Part shown: piece after piece, positions 1 to 12,059 of the stretch
How positions within the stretch are numbered: the stretch's first letter is position 1
Layout of the letters: every line of letters begins with the position of its first letter
DNA from: Paraspadella gotoi
Lineage: Eukaryota; Animalia; Chaetognatha
Assembly: GCA_051294375.1 (NCBI GenBank)
Contig: JBJCIZ010000239.1
Coordinates: 3,262,647-3,297,330 of the forward strand
Reading direction: 5' to 3'
DNA length: 34,684 nucleotides
Program-made: the position numbers and the translations under genes
The notes under the pieces: model-generated
Told to the model about the DNA's origin: nothing
What the model saw: the letters and a program-made list of their open reading frames with translations, nothing else
Database searches by the model: none

Positions 1-765
1 TTTCTTTCTTTGTTATTTTTGAAAATGAAATCCTCTTTTTCTCCCCGAAGCGAAATTTCGAAATCGTCGTTCTTTTCCGATTCGAGGATCGAAAGATCGA
101 GAAGGATCGAGATTTTGTGATTCGTCGCCCGGAGGGAAGATCGAGGCGAAATAAACAAACAAATGAACAATCGATTCAATGAGGGCGAAATTTATAAACA
201 AACGATTTAAACTTGGGAAACAGAAATGAATAAAATTTCGTTTCATTTCGGGGGAATTAAATATCGTTAGCAAAATTTTTGAACAAACAAATTTAAGATT
301 TTAATTTATAAACAAATATAGTTTCAATTCAGTCGATATTTCATCGTTTCGAACTTAAAGTCGATATTTATAAACAATTGTTTCAAATGAGCGACGTTTC
401 GAGGCCAGATATGTAAACGTAATCTAAACGACACAATTAATCAACCAAGTCACACGTATTCAATATTCTATATCCTGATACGCGATTGATAATATTTACG
501 ACATAACAATAATCAATATTCTTCCTATCAACGCAGTTTTAAAAGTCGCTCTGCCTCGCTTCCCCACTCGTTAACCCCTTACCCGCTTCGATCCCCCACT
601 TTCCCAGAGAAGTGCCTCGCCGACCCTAAAAGGTAAGTAAGCCCGTCTCAACGTAACAAAGAAATAAAAAAAAACGGGTAAGTTTTATTCGGCGACGATC
701 TCATCGCCTCGATGGAAGTTGGCGTCGAGACGGGAGACGTTGACGGGAGAACGAGAGATTCTCCC

Positions 766-848
766 CGTAAACGTGACAATGAGTGACGTAAACGCGTCAC
801 GGCTTTCGCGTAAACGTGACACTGACTCGCGTAAACGCAACGTAAAAT
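766..848 (+). repeat. Degenerate tandem array of CGTAAACG with 21-22 bp period
   Basis: CGTAAACG starts at 766, 787, 809 and 830, with a variant CGTAAAAT at 841. The first and third copies both continue TGACA. Confidence 0.7.
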
Positions 849-1266
849 GTCAGACGTTCGGTTGTTTTTTTTTTGTTGTTGTTTTTTTTCGTTGTCGTTG
901 TCGTTGTCGTCCGTCTTTGATCTTTTGCCGACTCGTACGACGAGAAAAAAAAAGAAGAAAATTTCTGGTTTTTTTTTTTTAATTTACGGAAAAGTATTTT
1001 TACTTTCGAATCTCTCTGCCAGGTAATGCGTAATTGTCAAGAAAGATCAAAATTGAAAAAATACCGTTGGAAGTAATTACAATTTTAAACTCCGGAAATT
1101 TCGTGCTGTTCAGGAACGGTTGACATTTTGAAAACAGTTATCGTTAAATATAAAGTTTTTTTTTAAATAATTATTTTACGTTAATTTATTAACCCGATCC
1201 CCCAGAGTTGGATCCCCAGTGCCCGGCGCTCGATCCCCGGTTGCTCAGTTCTCTCTCCCCCTCCCC

Positions 1267-1946
1267 NNNNNNNNNNNNNNNNNNNNNNNNNNNNNNNNNN
1301 NNNNNNNNNNNNNNNNNNNNNNNNNNNNNNNNNNNNNNNNNNNNNNNNNNNNNNNNNNNNNNNNNNNNNNNNNNNNNNNNNNNNNNNNNNNNNNNNNNNN
1401 NNNNNNNNNNNNNNNNNNNNNNNNNNNNNNNNNNNNNNNNNNNNNNNNNNNNNNNNNNNNNNNNNNNNNNNNNNNNNNNNNNNNNNNNNNNNNNNNNNNN
1501 NNNNNNNNNNNNNNNNNNNNNNNNNNNNNNNNNNNNNNNNNNNNNNNNNNNNNNNNNNNNNNNNNNNNNNNNNNNNNNNNNNNNNNNNNNNNNNNNNNNN
1601 NNNNNNNNNNNNNNNNNNNNNNNNNNNNNNNNNNNNNNNNNNNNNNNNNNNNNNNNNNNNNNNNNNNNNNNNNNNNNNNNNNNNNNNNNNNNNNNNNNNN
1701 NNNNNNNNNNNNNNNNNNNNNNNNNNNNNNNNNNNNNNNNNNNNNNNNNNNNNNNNNNNNNNNNNNNNNNNNNNNNNNNNNNNNNNNNNNNNNNNNNNNN
1801 NNNNNNNNNNNNNNNNNNNNNNNNNNNNNNNNNNNNNNNNNNNNNNNNNNNNNNNNNNNNNNNNNNNNNNNNNNNNNNNNNNNNNNNNNNNNNNNNNNNN
1901 NNNNNNNNNNNNNNNNNNNNNNNNNNNNNNNNNNNNNNNNNNNNNN
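1267..1946. other. Assembly gap (680 N)
   Basis: Run of N. Confidence 1.
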
Positions 1947-2584
1947 ATGCGACCGTGAAAAAAAAAGAAGCACGGTTGGTAGGAAATGAGAGTTTTCTTA
2001 TTTTTTTTGATTGAATATTTATTTATTTATTTATTTATTATTTATTAATTTTAAACGACGTTTTGAGTAAACTTTTCGTCACTTGTGATTTTATGTCGCT
2101 CCTTTGAGGAGGAATTTTATGATATTTTTTTAAATATGAGCTGCTTAGGGATTTCTAAATATAAGGCCGAAATATTTATGTTTCAATATTTAAAATTGTT
2201 GTAATGTAAACAGCGGAAATCCTTTACCCTTCTGACGTTTTGGCAAAATTGTTGGTTACAGATGCGAAACTTAAATTGAGGCAGCTTACTGAAGACTTCC
2301 TGACCCTTGCCTAATTTTCAAACTCAAATTCTAAACAAAATAATCAATATTTACCAGGAAATTTAATCAAAACATAATTTTAAGATTAATAGGGTACAAC
2401 CGTACATATAAAAACGGATCCCTTGACGTTGATTGATGCACAATTGGACACGCTCGAAATAATTGTCTTTTTTTTTTGTGGCGACTGTTAATTAGCGTGA
2501 CGATAATTTTTCTTTTGCGGTACAACCTGGATACACAGGTGTTCGTTGAGGAAAAGCATATCGAACATTAATGCAAGGCGGGAA

Positions 2585-2757
2585 NNNNNNNNNNNNNNNN
2601 NNNNNNNNNNNNNNNNNNNNNNNNNNNNNNNNNNNNNNNNNNNNNNNNNNNNNNNNNNNNNNNNNNNNNNNNNNNNNNNNNNNNNNNNNNNNNNNNNNNN
2701 NNNNNNNNNNNNNNNNNNNNNNNNNNNNNNNNNNNNNNNNNNNNNNNNNNNNNNNNN
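2585..2757. other. Assembly gap (173 N)
   Basis: Run of N. Confidence 1.
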
Positions 2758-2931
2758 ATATCGAAGAAAAGAAAGAGGCACAAAGAAAGAAATAATTCGA
2801 TCGACCTTGCCAAGAATTCCAAAATGCGATCCTCACAACAATGAGCTGAGAATCCTCTGCTGGAAACAATTAGTTGTACTAATAACAGGAAAGTCCGAAG
2901 GCGGGGAGAGAAGGAAAAAGTAGAGATAGAA

Positions 2932-2967
2932 TGACCCCGAAAAAAGAGTTATTATTATTCGGGGTCA
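2932..2967. repeat. Short perfect inverted repeat (10-bp stem, 16-nt loop)
   Basis: TGACCCCGAA (2932-2941) pairs with TTCGGGGTCA (2958-2967). Confidence 0.7.
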
Positions 2968-2989
2968 CCTTGAAATAATGTAATGAAAT

Positions 2990-3112
2990 AAGGTACAACA
3001 AAGATGTAAAGACGATCCATTTATTCAGTGAACAAGCTATATTGTTGCTTTCTAACTTCTGACAGGTGGGTACATGATAATAGCAAAACCCTCAAAACTT
3101 TCAATCCAGACA
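2990..3112 (+). repeat. Degenerate copy of a host dispersed repeat (copy 1)
   Basis: GTACAAC...GATGT...CCATTTATTCAGTGAACAAGCTA...GCTTTCTAA...AAAACCCT...CTTTCAATCCAGAC aligns by eye with the copies near 3990, 7855 and 9925. Confidence 0.5.
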
Positions 3113-3610
3113 ACTTTTTTTTTAATCAAGTACATTTGGCTTCCTTCAATCAATTGGGTGATTTGATATATTTCTATTATTTCGTAAACGTTTTTTTAAA
3201 AAATGTTGGAAAAAATCCGTACTATGTACAATTTTGTAATTACGTACAATGAAAAATACAACGAATCGAAAAGTAGTTTGCTTTCTCGCCGCTTTTATCT
3301 TTTTATTTCCTTCTTATTTTGTCTCGCAACTGTCATACTGTTTCTTTTGTTCTGATATTGCAATGGTCAAACAATAAAAAATCAAATCAAATTATTTCAC
3401 AAAATTTAATTTTTGGCAAGAGGGCGAAGAATTCCTTTTTAATTTCGATTGGGGGAGAACATAAACCATTAAAAAAAAAAATTATAATAATAGAAGGAAC
3501 GGGATTCTTGGCTAATCATTCGGACGAATCAAAATTAAACGAACTGACTGGTTAGAAAATGGAAGCCAGGATTATGAGGCAAAATCTCTCACTCCCGCGC
3601 CCGGGAGCTC

Positions 3611-3648
3611 CTCTTCCTCCTCCTCCTCCTCCTCCTCCTCCTCTTCCC
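3611..3648 (+). repeat. (CCT)n microsatellite within a polypyrimidine tract
   Basis: Direct reading of cctcctcct...; it produces the poly-Pro in ORF 3559..3789. Confidence 0.9.
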
Positions 3649-3989
3649 CCTCTCATTAAAATCCTTCCTTTCTTTCCTTCCTTTCTCCTTCCATCTTTTC
3701 CCTTTTTCTTCCTTCGCTTAATTCGACCTCTCTATTTTCAACTTCTCTCTTCTCAAAACTCTTTACTTTCTCCCCTCAACCGCTCTTAAAACGAACTTTT
3801 CTCCTCTCCTTTCTTCTCTATTCACGATTCTTATTCTCACTCAGTCAATCTAATGGTTAACTTTTATTCTTTATATTCATTATTCAATACTTACCTCGCT
3901 CGCTCTGCTCTCTATAATTTTTAACTCTTCTCAGTATTTCCGTAGCTTTTTTTTCTTACCGCATTTCTTCATACTTCCCATTTCTTTTT

Positions 3990-4185
3990 ATGAAATTATC
4001 CATTCATTTAATAAATAAGCTATCTTACCCCTGACTTTGGACAGGCTTTGGACAGACTTTGGACAGGCTTTGGTGCTTTAAGGCCTCCATCACTCTTACA
4101 AGATAATGGACATATCAGGTCCCTGCAAGCTTTCAATCAAGACTCTCTCACAGTCTCGTTTATTTAGTCCCAGTGTACCCGGCTT
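3990..4185 (+). repeat. Degenerate copy of the host dispersed repeat (copy 2), with an internal 11-bp tandem repeat
   Basis: CTCTTACAAGATAATGGACATATCAGGTCCCTGCAAGCTTTCAATCAAGACTCTCTCACAGTCTCGTTTA...GTACCCGGCTT matches 10021-10110. CTTTGGACAGR occurs about 3.5 times at 4035-4073. Confidence 0.75.
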
Positions 4186-4915
4186 TATTTTCAGGACGCA
4201 TCAGCCTCAAAAATTGTTGAGTAATGAATAAGCTCCCCCTCTCACAGTCACCAACCCGAACTACGTAACTCGATGACCCTTTAAAGTTTAAACTCTTCCC
4301 TTCTACATTTCACTGTCTTCTATTCCCCCCTTCTTTTTCCCCTTTCCCCACTTCCCTCTCCCTTTTCTCTTTCGCCCTCCCTTCCTCACCCCTGCTCCTT
4401 CCCCACGCTCGATTGACTCAGCGGGGTTCAATTTAATCATTCTCATCATGATGATGACCAAACGAGCCCCCGAGAGGAAAGGAGAGAGAGAGGACGAGAA
4501 GACGAGGAGCAGATCGAAGAGAGAGAGAGACTGGGAGGAGAGGAGAGAGAGAGGAGAGAGAGAGAATCTCATCCGAGAATGAGTTTTTTCGACGGAGGAA
4601 CAAAATATATATACAGGGGAGGGAAGGAAACTAATTGCGCTTCGATCTCATCTCTCCAATTCACGAATCTTTTTCTTGCGGAGCCAAAAAAATTTATTTA
4701 TTTATTTTTTTTTTAGGTTTTTATTTTTTTTAAAACGACAACAACAACAAATTCTCTTTTGTTTGTTTGTTCGTTTGTTCACTCGACCAGTAAACATCGG
4801 GGTTTTTGAAAAAAAATTCCTTGCTCCCACATTTTCGTGTAGCTTTTGACGAGTTTTTATCTTAATGCTTAATTCTGCGCCTACGCTGATTCGCCGTCGT
4901 GTTTGGGTTTGACGA

Positions 4916-4921
4916 GGAGAG

Positions 4922-4987
<66 letters not shown>

Positions 4988-5004
4988 GAGAGGAAGAGAG
5001 AGAG
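4916..5004 (+). repeat. Imperfect (GA)n microsatellite
   Basis: Direct reading. Confidence 0.95.
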
Positions 5005-5197
5005 TATCGCGATAAGCATCTAAACCGATATCCCTCCTTACCTTCTCGCCTCTCTAATGGGGAAACCGTCTTGCGTGACCGGATCATCCCTTCCCTCTAT
5101 ATTATTCTGTCTTTTGTTTCGTTTTTATGTTTTTTTTTTGTTTTGTCTTTATTTGTTTTTGTTTTTTTACGTTTAGTTTCGATGTTTCGAAATTTCC

Positions 5198-5990
5198 TGA
5201 CGTCATGAGAATTTAGTTTCTGTGAAATTGTGTCGTTAAGAAGATTGAGTACAGTTTCTAGGTTTTTAGGTGAATGACGCTTTTGACAATTCGGTGTACT
5301 GGGAGATTTAATGTGTACTGTCGTTTAACCAAACCTATGTAGTATTAAAGTTACCGCCGAATTAATTGTTTTCGCAATTAAAGTGGAATAGTTTGTCTTC
5401 TCTTTCTCTACGTATACTACTCACTGTATCCATTCTGTTCTCGACAGTCAGTTGCGATTATTTATTACTTCAATATAATTAACCGCATAAAAACGTCGGG
5501 TCCTCTTTTCCGCTCGAATCTGTGTGTGGAACATTATTACCGTGTGTGGAGCGAGACGATAAACCATTTGGAACATGGATGAGAGGTTGAGAGATTGTAA
5601 TCGAGTTGAGACATAACATTTTTTTTTCCGTTGCTTTTGCAAGACCTGAGCAAGATCGTTAAAAGTACAGTATGAAAATTAATAGTATGAAAAATAGTAT
5701 GAACAAACTTCATCGATCCAAAACCGGAAAACAAAAGACACTCGGGGATCGATTTCGATCGGATGGCTTCATTTCCCCGTTCTCGATTTCGATCGAGACA
5801 GAAAAATATCATCCCACGTGACGTCATAGGCTCGAATACTCAAAAGAAAAGAAAAAAAAAGCTATAGAAAATAAAGCAAAAAAGGAAAAAAAAAATCGTT
5901 GAGAGAGGATTTCCTCTTTCTCGCCCTGGACTCGCGATTAAGATCGTGGGGTCCCCCTCGGCGGACCCGGCATTCCTGTTCCTGACGTCA
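5198..5990. promoter_or_regulatory. Cluster of three perfect CRE/ATF palindromes (TGACGTCA), one overlapping an E-box
   Basis: TGACGTCA at 5198-5205, 5819-5826 (overlapping CACGTG at 5815-5820) and 5983-5990. The motifs are seen directly; function is inferred. Confidence 0.4.
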
Positions 5991-6142
5991 CAATAGATAA
6001 TGATGGGTTACGTGTGGGTAATTCGTCCTGTCTCTGTCTCTCTCCCTCTTTATCATTCTCCCGAGAGAGAGAGAGAGAGAGACAGAGAAGGAGAGAAATT
6101 ATAGACGGCGGGGACCGGCGCGTAAATGTAACGACGATTTCC

Positions 6143-6144
<2 letters not shown>

Positions 6145-6233
<89 letters not shown>
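6145..6233 (+). repeat. Perfect (GA)n microsatellite
   Basis: Direct reading. Confidence 0.98.
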
Positions 6234-6235
<2 letters not shown>

Positions 6236-6909
6236 CGTAATTCTCTTTCTCGACGCGTCCATTTGCGAAGGCGATGAAGCAAGAATCTCCTCGCTTTGTC
6301 GAGGCGTTAAAAATCTCCGTCGTTTGCGGTCGCCTTCTCCTCGGGCGACGATCGCGGACGAGCTGCTGCAGGAGGCGTCGGTGCGAAGTGATTGGCGACG
6401 TTACCGATAGGAGCGCTGCAGCGGAGAGATTTATAATAGCGTTTGGGTATTGAACTGACATTCAAACTTTTGACGATGAAAAATTTGAATGTTTTAATTT
6501 CTTACACACTTTTTTTCTTCTTACGAAATTAGTACAACCAATATATTTTATTGATCGAGCAAGTTTCTCCGGCTGTTTGATTCTATGGTTGCACCTCAGA
6601 AAATCTTTTGGGAGATTTATGGCCGAGAAAAAATAATTTGATACGCTCGTAGTTCATTTTAAAATTTTACATGTACACTGTATCAAGAGTTTTTTTCATA
6701 TTACCTAAATTAAACGGCCAATTAAAATTAAATATCGCAGCGGCCATAAAAAAAATCCAAAGGAATTTCAATGGAATTTCTTACCGACTTGTTTAACTGC
6801 CGAATCTGGAATAACGCGTAAAAACGGATGCCAAAATTAAACGAATGAGACAAGAGAACATGACACCTCCTGTGTAACAGTCACTCAATCTCTCTCTCTC
6901 TCTCTCTCT

Positions 6910-7212
6910 NNNNNNNNNNNNNNNNNNNNNNNNNNNNNNNNNNNNNNNNNNNNNNNNNNNNNNNNNNNNNNNNNNNNNNNNNNNNNNNNNNNNNNNNNNN
7001 NNNNNNNNNNNNNNNNNNNNNNNNNNNNNNNNNNNNNNNNNNNNNNNNNNNNNNNNNNNNNNNNNNNNNNNNNNNNNNNNNNNNNNNNNNNNNNNNNNNN
7101 NNNNNNNNNNNNNNNNNNNNNNNNNNNNNNNNNNNNNNNNNNNNNNNNNNNNNNNNNNNNNNNNNNNNNNNNNNNNNNNNNNNNNNNNNNNNNNNNNNNN
7201 NNNNNNNNNNNN
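6910..7212. other. Assembly gap (303 N) flanked by (TC)n on the left and (GA)n on the right
   Basis: Run of N with oppositely oriented dinucleotide tracts on each side. Confidence 1.
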
Positions 7213-7608
7213 GAGAGAGAGAGAGAGAGAGATCCTAGAGATTGATCGATCGGTGGTCCGATTTCACCGCGATGATGAATGGAACCAAAAAAAAAAGGGA
7301 AATATGAAATTTGAGAAATGGTCTTTTTTTTCCTTCACCATTTACGATCGGAAGTTCAACTTGAGATTTTTTCCCCCTCCGAAATTAAACAGAAACGAGG
7401 CGTGGATTGTCCAATTGAAAATTTTGATAAAAGATTTCTCGTTCAACCTTGACGACAGTTTTTTTTTCTTTTCTATTTCCGCAAACAGCAACCTCGGGTC
7501 GAACCAGTCGCAGAAGATCCTCGTCGCCGTCAACTAAGCAACGCGACGGGACGATTCGACATCCGGCGCTAATTTACGGCGTCGCATTCATCCACCTATC
7601 AACGCCAC

Positions 7609-7728
7609 NNNNNNNNNNNNNNNNNNNNNNNNNNNNNNNNNNNNNNNNNNNNNNNNNNNNNNNNNNNNNNNNNNNNNNNNNNNNNNNNNNNNNNNNNNNN
7701 NNNNNNNNNNNNNNNNNNNNNNNNNNNN
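7609..7728. other. Assembly gap (120 N)
   Basis: Run of N. Confidence 1.
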
Positions 7729-7854
7729 GCCGCCGCCTCTGACTGAAAGGCGCCCAAAAGAGAGGCGGCGTTCCGCCGAGCGGGAATCCAAAGGACGCTC
7801 TCTCCGTCTCTCGAAGTCAAGTAGCGTCGGTTTCCCTTTAAAAAATTTCAATTA

Positions 7855-7945
7855 TTAGTACAACCGATGTGAAAATTATTCATTTAGTTAATAAACAAAG
7901 CTACAAATCTTGCTTCTAATCAATGACAAAACCCTGTAAGCTTTT
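7855..7945 (+). repeat. Degenerate copy of the host dispersed repeat (copy 3)
   Basis: TAGTACAACCGATGTGAAAATTATTCATTTAGTTAATAAACAAAGCTA...GCTTCTAA...AAAACCCTGTAAGCTTT aligns with the copies near 2990 and 9925. Confidence 0.55.
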
Positions 7946-8029
7946 GCCGACATATGATAACGCCAAAGACATTGTATATAATATAATAATAATAATGATA
8001 ATAATAATAACGGCAAAGATATAGTAATT

Positions 8030-8382
8030 GAGAATCAGGCAGAAGCCCAGAGGCCCTTCCTCGCAAGCAATGCCCTTTGAAATCGTCCCCTATGGCAATA
8101 GCCGGGTTGCCTGTGATGCCCATTGTGACGGCTCAGTCACTGGCGCGGTTACCTAGGACGGTCTCGCTTGCCAACGCAGAGGGAAGTCGTTAGGACTGTA
8201 GGTGGAACACGACGCTTGGGATGGTGTGTTCCCCTCTGAGCCAATGGATTTGGCTGAATGATGACGGACGTGAGGCGGTGTGAATTACCGCCACACCCCT
8301 TAAAGGATCTACCCGTGAGCCAAATCGACTGATACAAAAGAAAAATTATAACTATAACTTTAACTATTATAACTATAACTAC
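8030..8382 (+). mobile_element. Possible retroposon (SINE/LINE) fragment ending in an (ATAACT)n tail
   Basis: About 300 bp of complex, GC-richer sequence set in AT-rich DNA. It is preceded by (ATA)n and followed by an A-rich stretch and ATAACT repeats (8347-8380). No family recognised. Confidence 0.3.
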
Positions 8383-8727
8383 AAAATACGTCAAGAATTT
8401 ATCTATCAATTAAAAATTTTTTAGAGATCTAAATAAAGTAAATTACGACAGTGGTTTCTTTCGTATCATAGGATTTGACTCACGGGGTAGCTGTAACCCT
8501 TCCAAATCCTTCTAAATCTGCAGCCTTCTTTTTAAATCTGCCATCGCCCCTTTCCAAATCTCTCTCTTTCTTTTAAAATCCGCTAGGGCACCCTTTTAAA
8601 ATTCCCCTTCGTAGACTAGAAAAGCGGGAAAATTTGAAAACTCATAGAACGGCGTGAGGAAATTACGCCGATAAAAACAAGGCGGCGATTTGGCGCTTGA
8701 ACCCAAGTTTTATCGCTTTTCCAGCGG

Positions 8728-8778
8728 CGGCGGCCGGCGGCGGCGACGGCGGCCGGCGGCGGCGACGGCGGCCGGCGA
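8728..8778 (+). repeat. GC-rich 19-bp tandem repeat (CGGCGGCCGGCGGCGGCGA x about 2.7)
   Basis: Direct reading. Confidence 0.85.
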
Positions 8779-8812
8779 CAATTTTCCCCGCGTTTTTCGC
8801 GATCAATTACGA

Positions 8813-8820
8813 TGACGTCA
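8813..8820. promoter_or_regulatory. Fourth perfect CRE palindrome TGACGTCA
   Basis: Exact motif match; function untested. Confidence 0.3.
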
Positions 8821-8909
8821 GAGGCACTAAATCTTCTTACTCTCGATATGCGCGAGGACCCCGGTTCAAATGCCTATCTTTCCTTGATATCTATCCTCAA
8901 AATAAGTTT

Positions 8910-9042
<133 letters not shown>

Positions 9043-9421
9043 CAGATGGCTGCTAATTTTCAAAGGTAACGCTTTTTAATCGTATCTGGGTTTTTCAAAA
9101 CCCGATGACTCATCGAAAAGAGGAAAGAATGAACGCGCGCGGTTCTCACCCCAGATCCTTACCCTTTCGATCGTTGATGCCTTTAACGAGGAAAGGCAGG
9201 TGGGCGTGGCGAACAACAAAAGAGAGAGAAAAAAAATTGAAGAACGAAAAATTCGATTGTTGTCAACGCTGACTCAGAGGTTCGAAAGTGGAAACAAAAA
9301 AAAACAATAAACAGGAGAAAAATGCTTTTTACGAGAGGCGTTGTGTTTTTTGTCCAATATATTTTTTTGTTGCCACGATTAACAGCGTTGATAACGTTAA
9401 ATTCTCTCTCTCTCTCTCTCT

Positions 9422-9690
9422 NNNNNNNNNNNNNNNNNNNNNNNNNNNNNNNNNNNNNNNNNNNNNNNNNNNNNNNNNNNNNNNNNNNNNNNNNNNNNNN
9501 NNNNNNNNNNNNNNNNNNNNNNNNNNNNNNNNNNNNNNNNNNNNNNNNNNNNNNNNNNNNNNNNNNNNNNNNNNNNNNNNNNNNNNNNNNNNNNNNNNNN
9601 NNNNNNNNNNNNNNNNNNNNNNNNNNNNNNNNNNNNNNNNNNNNNNNNNNNNNNNNNNNNNNNNNNNNNNNNNNNNNNNNNNNNNNNNNN
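9422..9690. other. Assembly gap (269 N)
   Basis: Run of N. Confidence 1.
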
Positions 9691-9924
9691 AAAAAAAGGA
9701 ACAAAAGAGGATCTGAAAACTGAAAGGCGCAGGTGCGATGATTGGCTGCGAAGTTACGGTGAGGCATAAGCAAATTACCATACGCTTTTAATTTGCAAAA
9801 TACATACTTTTGTGTTATGATAATTACGAGAGCTCAGACATGATCAAATAACACATTTGTTCTTTTTTTTTTATCGCCTTCGTAATAAATAATTTTTAAT
9901 TGCTCTCTACTTAAAGCATTCTAA

Positions 9925-10110
9925 AATTGTTACAACCAATACGAAAATTGATTCTTTCATTCAATAAATAAGCAATCCTGTCCATGACTTTAGGCGGTAG
10001 ATAGGTTAAGACGTTCAACCCTCTTACAAGACAATAACATAGCAGGACCCCGCAAGCTCTCAACCAAAACTCTTACAGTCTAGTTTACTAATTCTCAAAA
10101 GTACCTGGCT
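9925..10110 (+). repeat. Degenerate copy of the host dispersed repeat (copy 4)
   Basis: TTACAACCAATACGAAAATTGATTCTTTCATTCAATAAATAAGC...TGACTTT...CTCTTACAAGACAATAACATAGCAGGACCCCGCAAGCTCTCAACCAAAACTCTTACAGTCTAGTTTA is clearly homologous to 3990-4185. Confidence 0.75.
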
Positions 10111-10581
10111 TCGCCAATCCCTACGAATGATGTGGTATAATGTTTCCATGAACTGTTAAAATGGTATAAAAATTTACATAGCCTGTTTATTATCACACTG
10201 CTGCATCCATTTCACGTGTATTACATCGGCATTCCTTAACCGCTCAAGTTTGCACGGTGAAAAAAAAAAAGAGTAAACAAACGTTCCTTCTGCCCGCGGC
10301 AAATCTTTTTCGCCAATCGCCATTTCCTGCCCCGACGAAACGAGCAACAACAACGACGCAAATGTGATTACAACTGCGGGAGAAAAAAACCAAGTGCCGA
10401 TCAACGTCGATCCTACGAAGTGACTCGTCCGTAAACCACTCGTTTAATAAACATTAAACTGTAAACACACATGTTCGGCCCTACAATTTCTTTTTTTTTT
10501 CTCTCTCTCTCTCCCCCCGCGGGTCAATTGTATCTCGGGCCAGAGTTTAAACGTAATCAAGCACTCGTTCTTTTTTTTTTT

Positions 10582-10606
10582 NNNNNNNNNNNNNNNNNNN
10601 NNNNNN
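10582..10606. other. 25-N spacer at the boundary between host DNA and the mirror block
   Basis: Exactly 25 N, much shorter than the other gaps. Sequence composition changes abruptly across it. Confidence 1.
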
Positions 10607-10878
10607 TTTGCGACCGGGTCCGTTAGTCTGGGAACACTCGGACGTCGAAGTGGGGACACGACGTCGTTTTGAACAACACACAAAACAGAACACACAGACG
10701 AGACGACTGCCGGGCTGGTTACTACTTCCTTTTCGTCGCTCCTCTCTTCTCTAACACGTCATACACCGCACTGACACGCTTGAGAAACACACTTGCTTTT
10801 TCACTAACAGCCCCGGTTGGCACCACGCTTCACTATCGGCGGGGACACTACACCAGCGTGGGGTCGGCAGGGGGACAT

Positions 10879-11013
10879 GACGACGACGAGGAGACGAGAC
10901 GACGACGACGACGAGACGACGACTGAGACGACGACGATGACGGGACGGACGACGAGACGAGAACACGACGAGACTGAGAGACTGACGAGACGACGACGAA
11001 CGAGAACGACGAC
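10879..11013. repeat. Degenerate (GAC)n tract = (CTG/GCT/CCT)n in the complement, likely Ala/Pro-rich coding repeat
   Basis: Complement reads ctgctgctgctcctctgctctgctgctgct... Confidence 0.7.
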
Positions 11014-11701
11014 GTTTCGACACGTGAACGCTTCACTTTTCGACGATACTGACCGCGGCGCGTGCGTTGTTCTAGCGGTGGACGCGGACTTTACCCCGCC
11101 AACGACTCGTACGACCCCGGAATCGACGACTTCCTTCCGGACGACCAGTGACGGCGTGACCGCTCTGTCTCTTTCGTCCTTCTTACGACACAGCGGAAAC
11201 AAAAAAACTGGCGGACACTGAACGCTGCAACCTTTGCTCGACGTCTCACCACAACTCATACCACACACACACTGACAACAACACTGTGAAAACTCCGTCG
11301 CCCTTAACTTTACACTCGCCTTCACCCCCTTTCAAACACAGCCGGCGACGAACTTCCCCGTTGGCCTTTTCTCTCTGGTTTTGTGTTCACTGGTTCTTGT
11401 TTTTGGTACTACCGACGTGGCAAACTTTCACCTTCCTACATTTTTTGCACTGACACATTTCTCCCATATGCGACACCTCACACTTCCAGTCCTCACACTC
11501 ACTATCAACAACTTCGACACACGACACGCACACTACAGGACACACACACTGCGGAGCACTAACCGCGGGCGGCGTCGCTGCTTCTTGTTATGTACTCGGT
11601 CGGTGGGTGAGACGACGCGCCGGCAGAGGGCCTGTTTGGCCGCGGCGGGGAACACACGACCACGGGACGGTGGTGGCGACGGGAACTTTACGGTTTTCGG
11701 A

Positions 11702-11782
11702 CTCTCTCTCTCTTGCTCTATCTCTCTCTCTCTCTCTCTCTTCTACTTCTCTCTCTCTCTCTCTCTCTCCTCTCTCATCTCT
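11702..11782. repeat. (CT)-rich tract = degenerate GAG/GAA run in the complement, likely poly-Glu
   Basis: Complement gagagagagagaacgagatagagag...gaagatgaagagag is interrupted by GAA/GAT/GAGG, consistent with (GAG)n after homopolymer loss. Confidence 0.55.
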
Positions 11783-12059
11783 GACGGCACTACTGGTTGA
11801 CACACTTTCCCTTCCACCTACTCTCGAGACCGCTGACTTGTCCACGTCCGCGGACTGCACGCCGCGGACCTTTCTCGCTTCGGCGGCGGAGTACACGTCC
11901 GCTCCCTGACACACTTCGCCTCGTCTTTTTCCGTCGCGAAGGAAGAGGACTTCTCTTCCTTCTCTTTCTCTCTCTCTCTCCTTTCGGCTCACTCTTTCGG
12001 CGAGTGCTTACTTTTACTCTCGAATTGACGGGACGAACATTTATCAATTTTCTCATGAA

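Noticed and set aside
3559-3789. ATG-initiated poly-proline ORF
   Set aside because: Explained by a (CCT)n microsatellite and a polypyrimidine tract; no other coding evidence.
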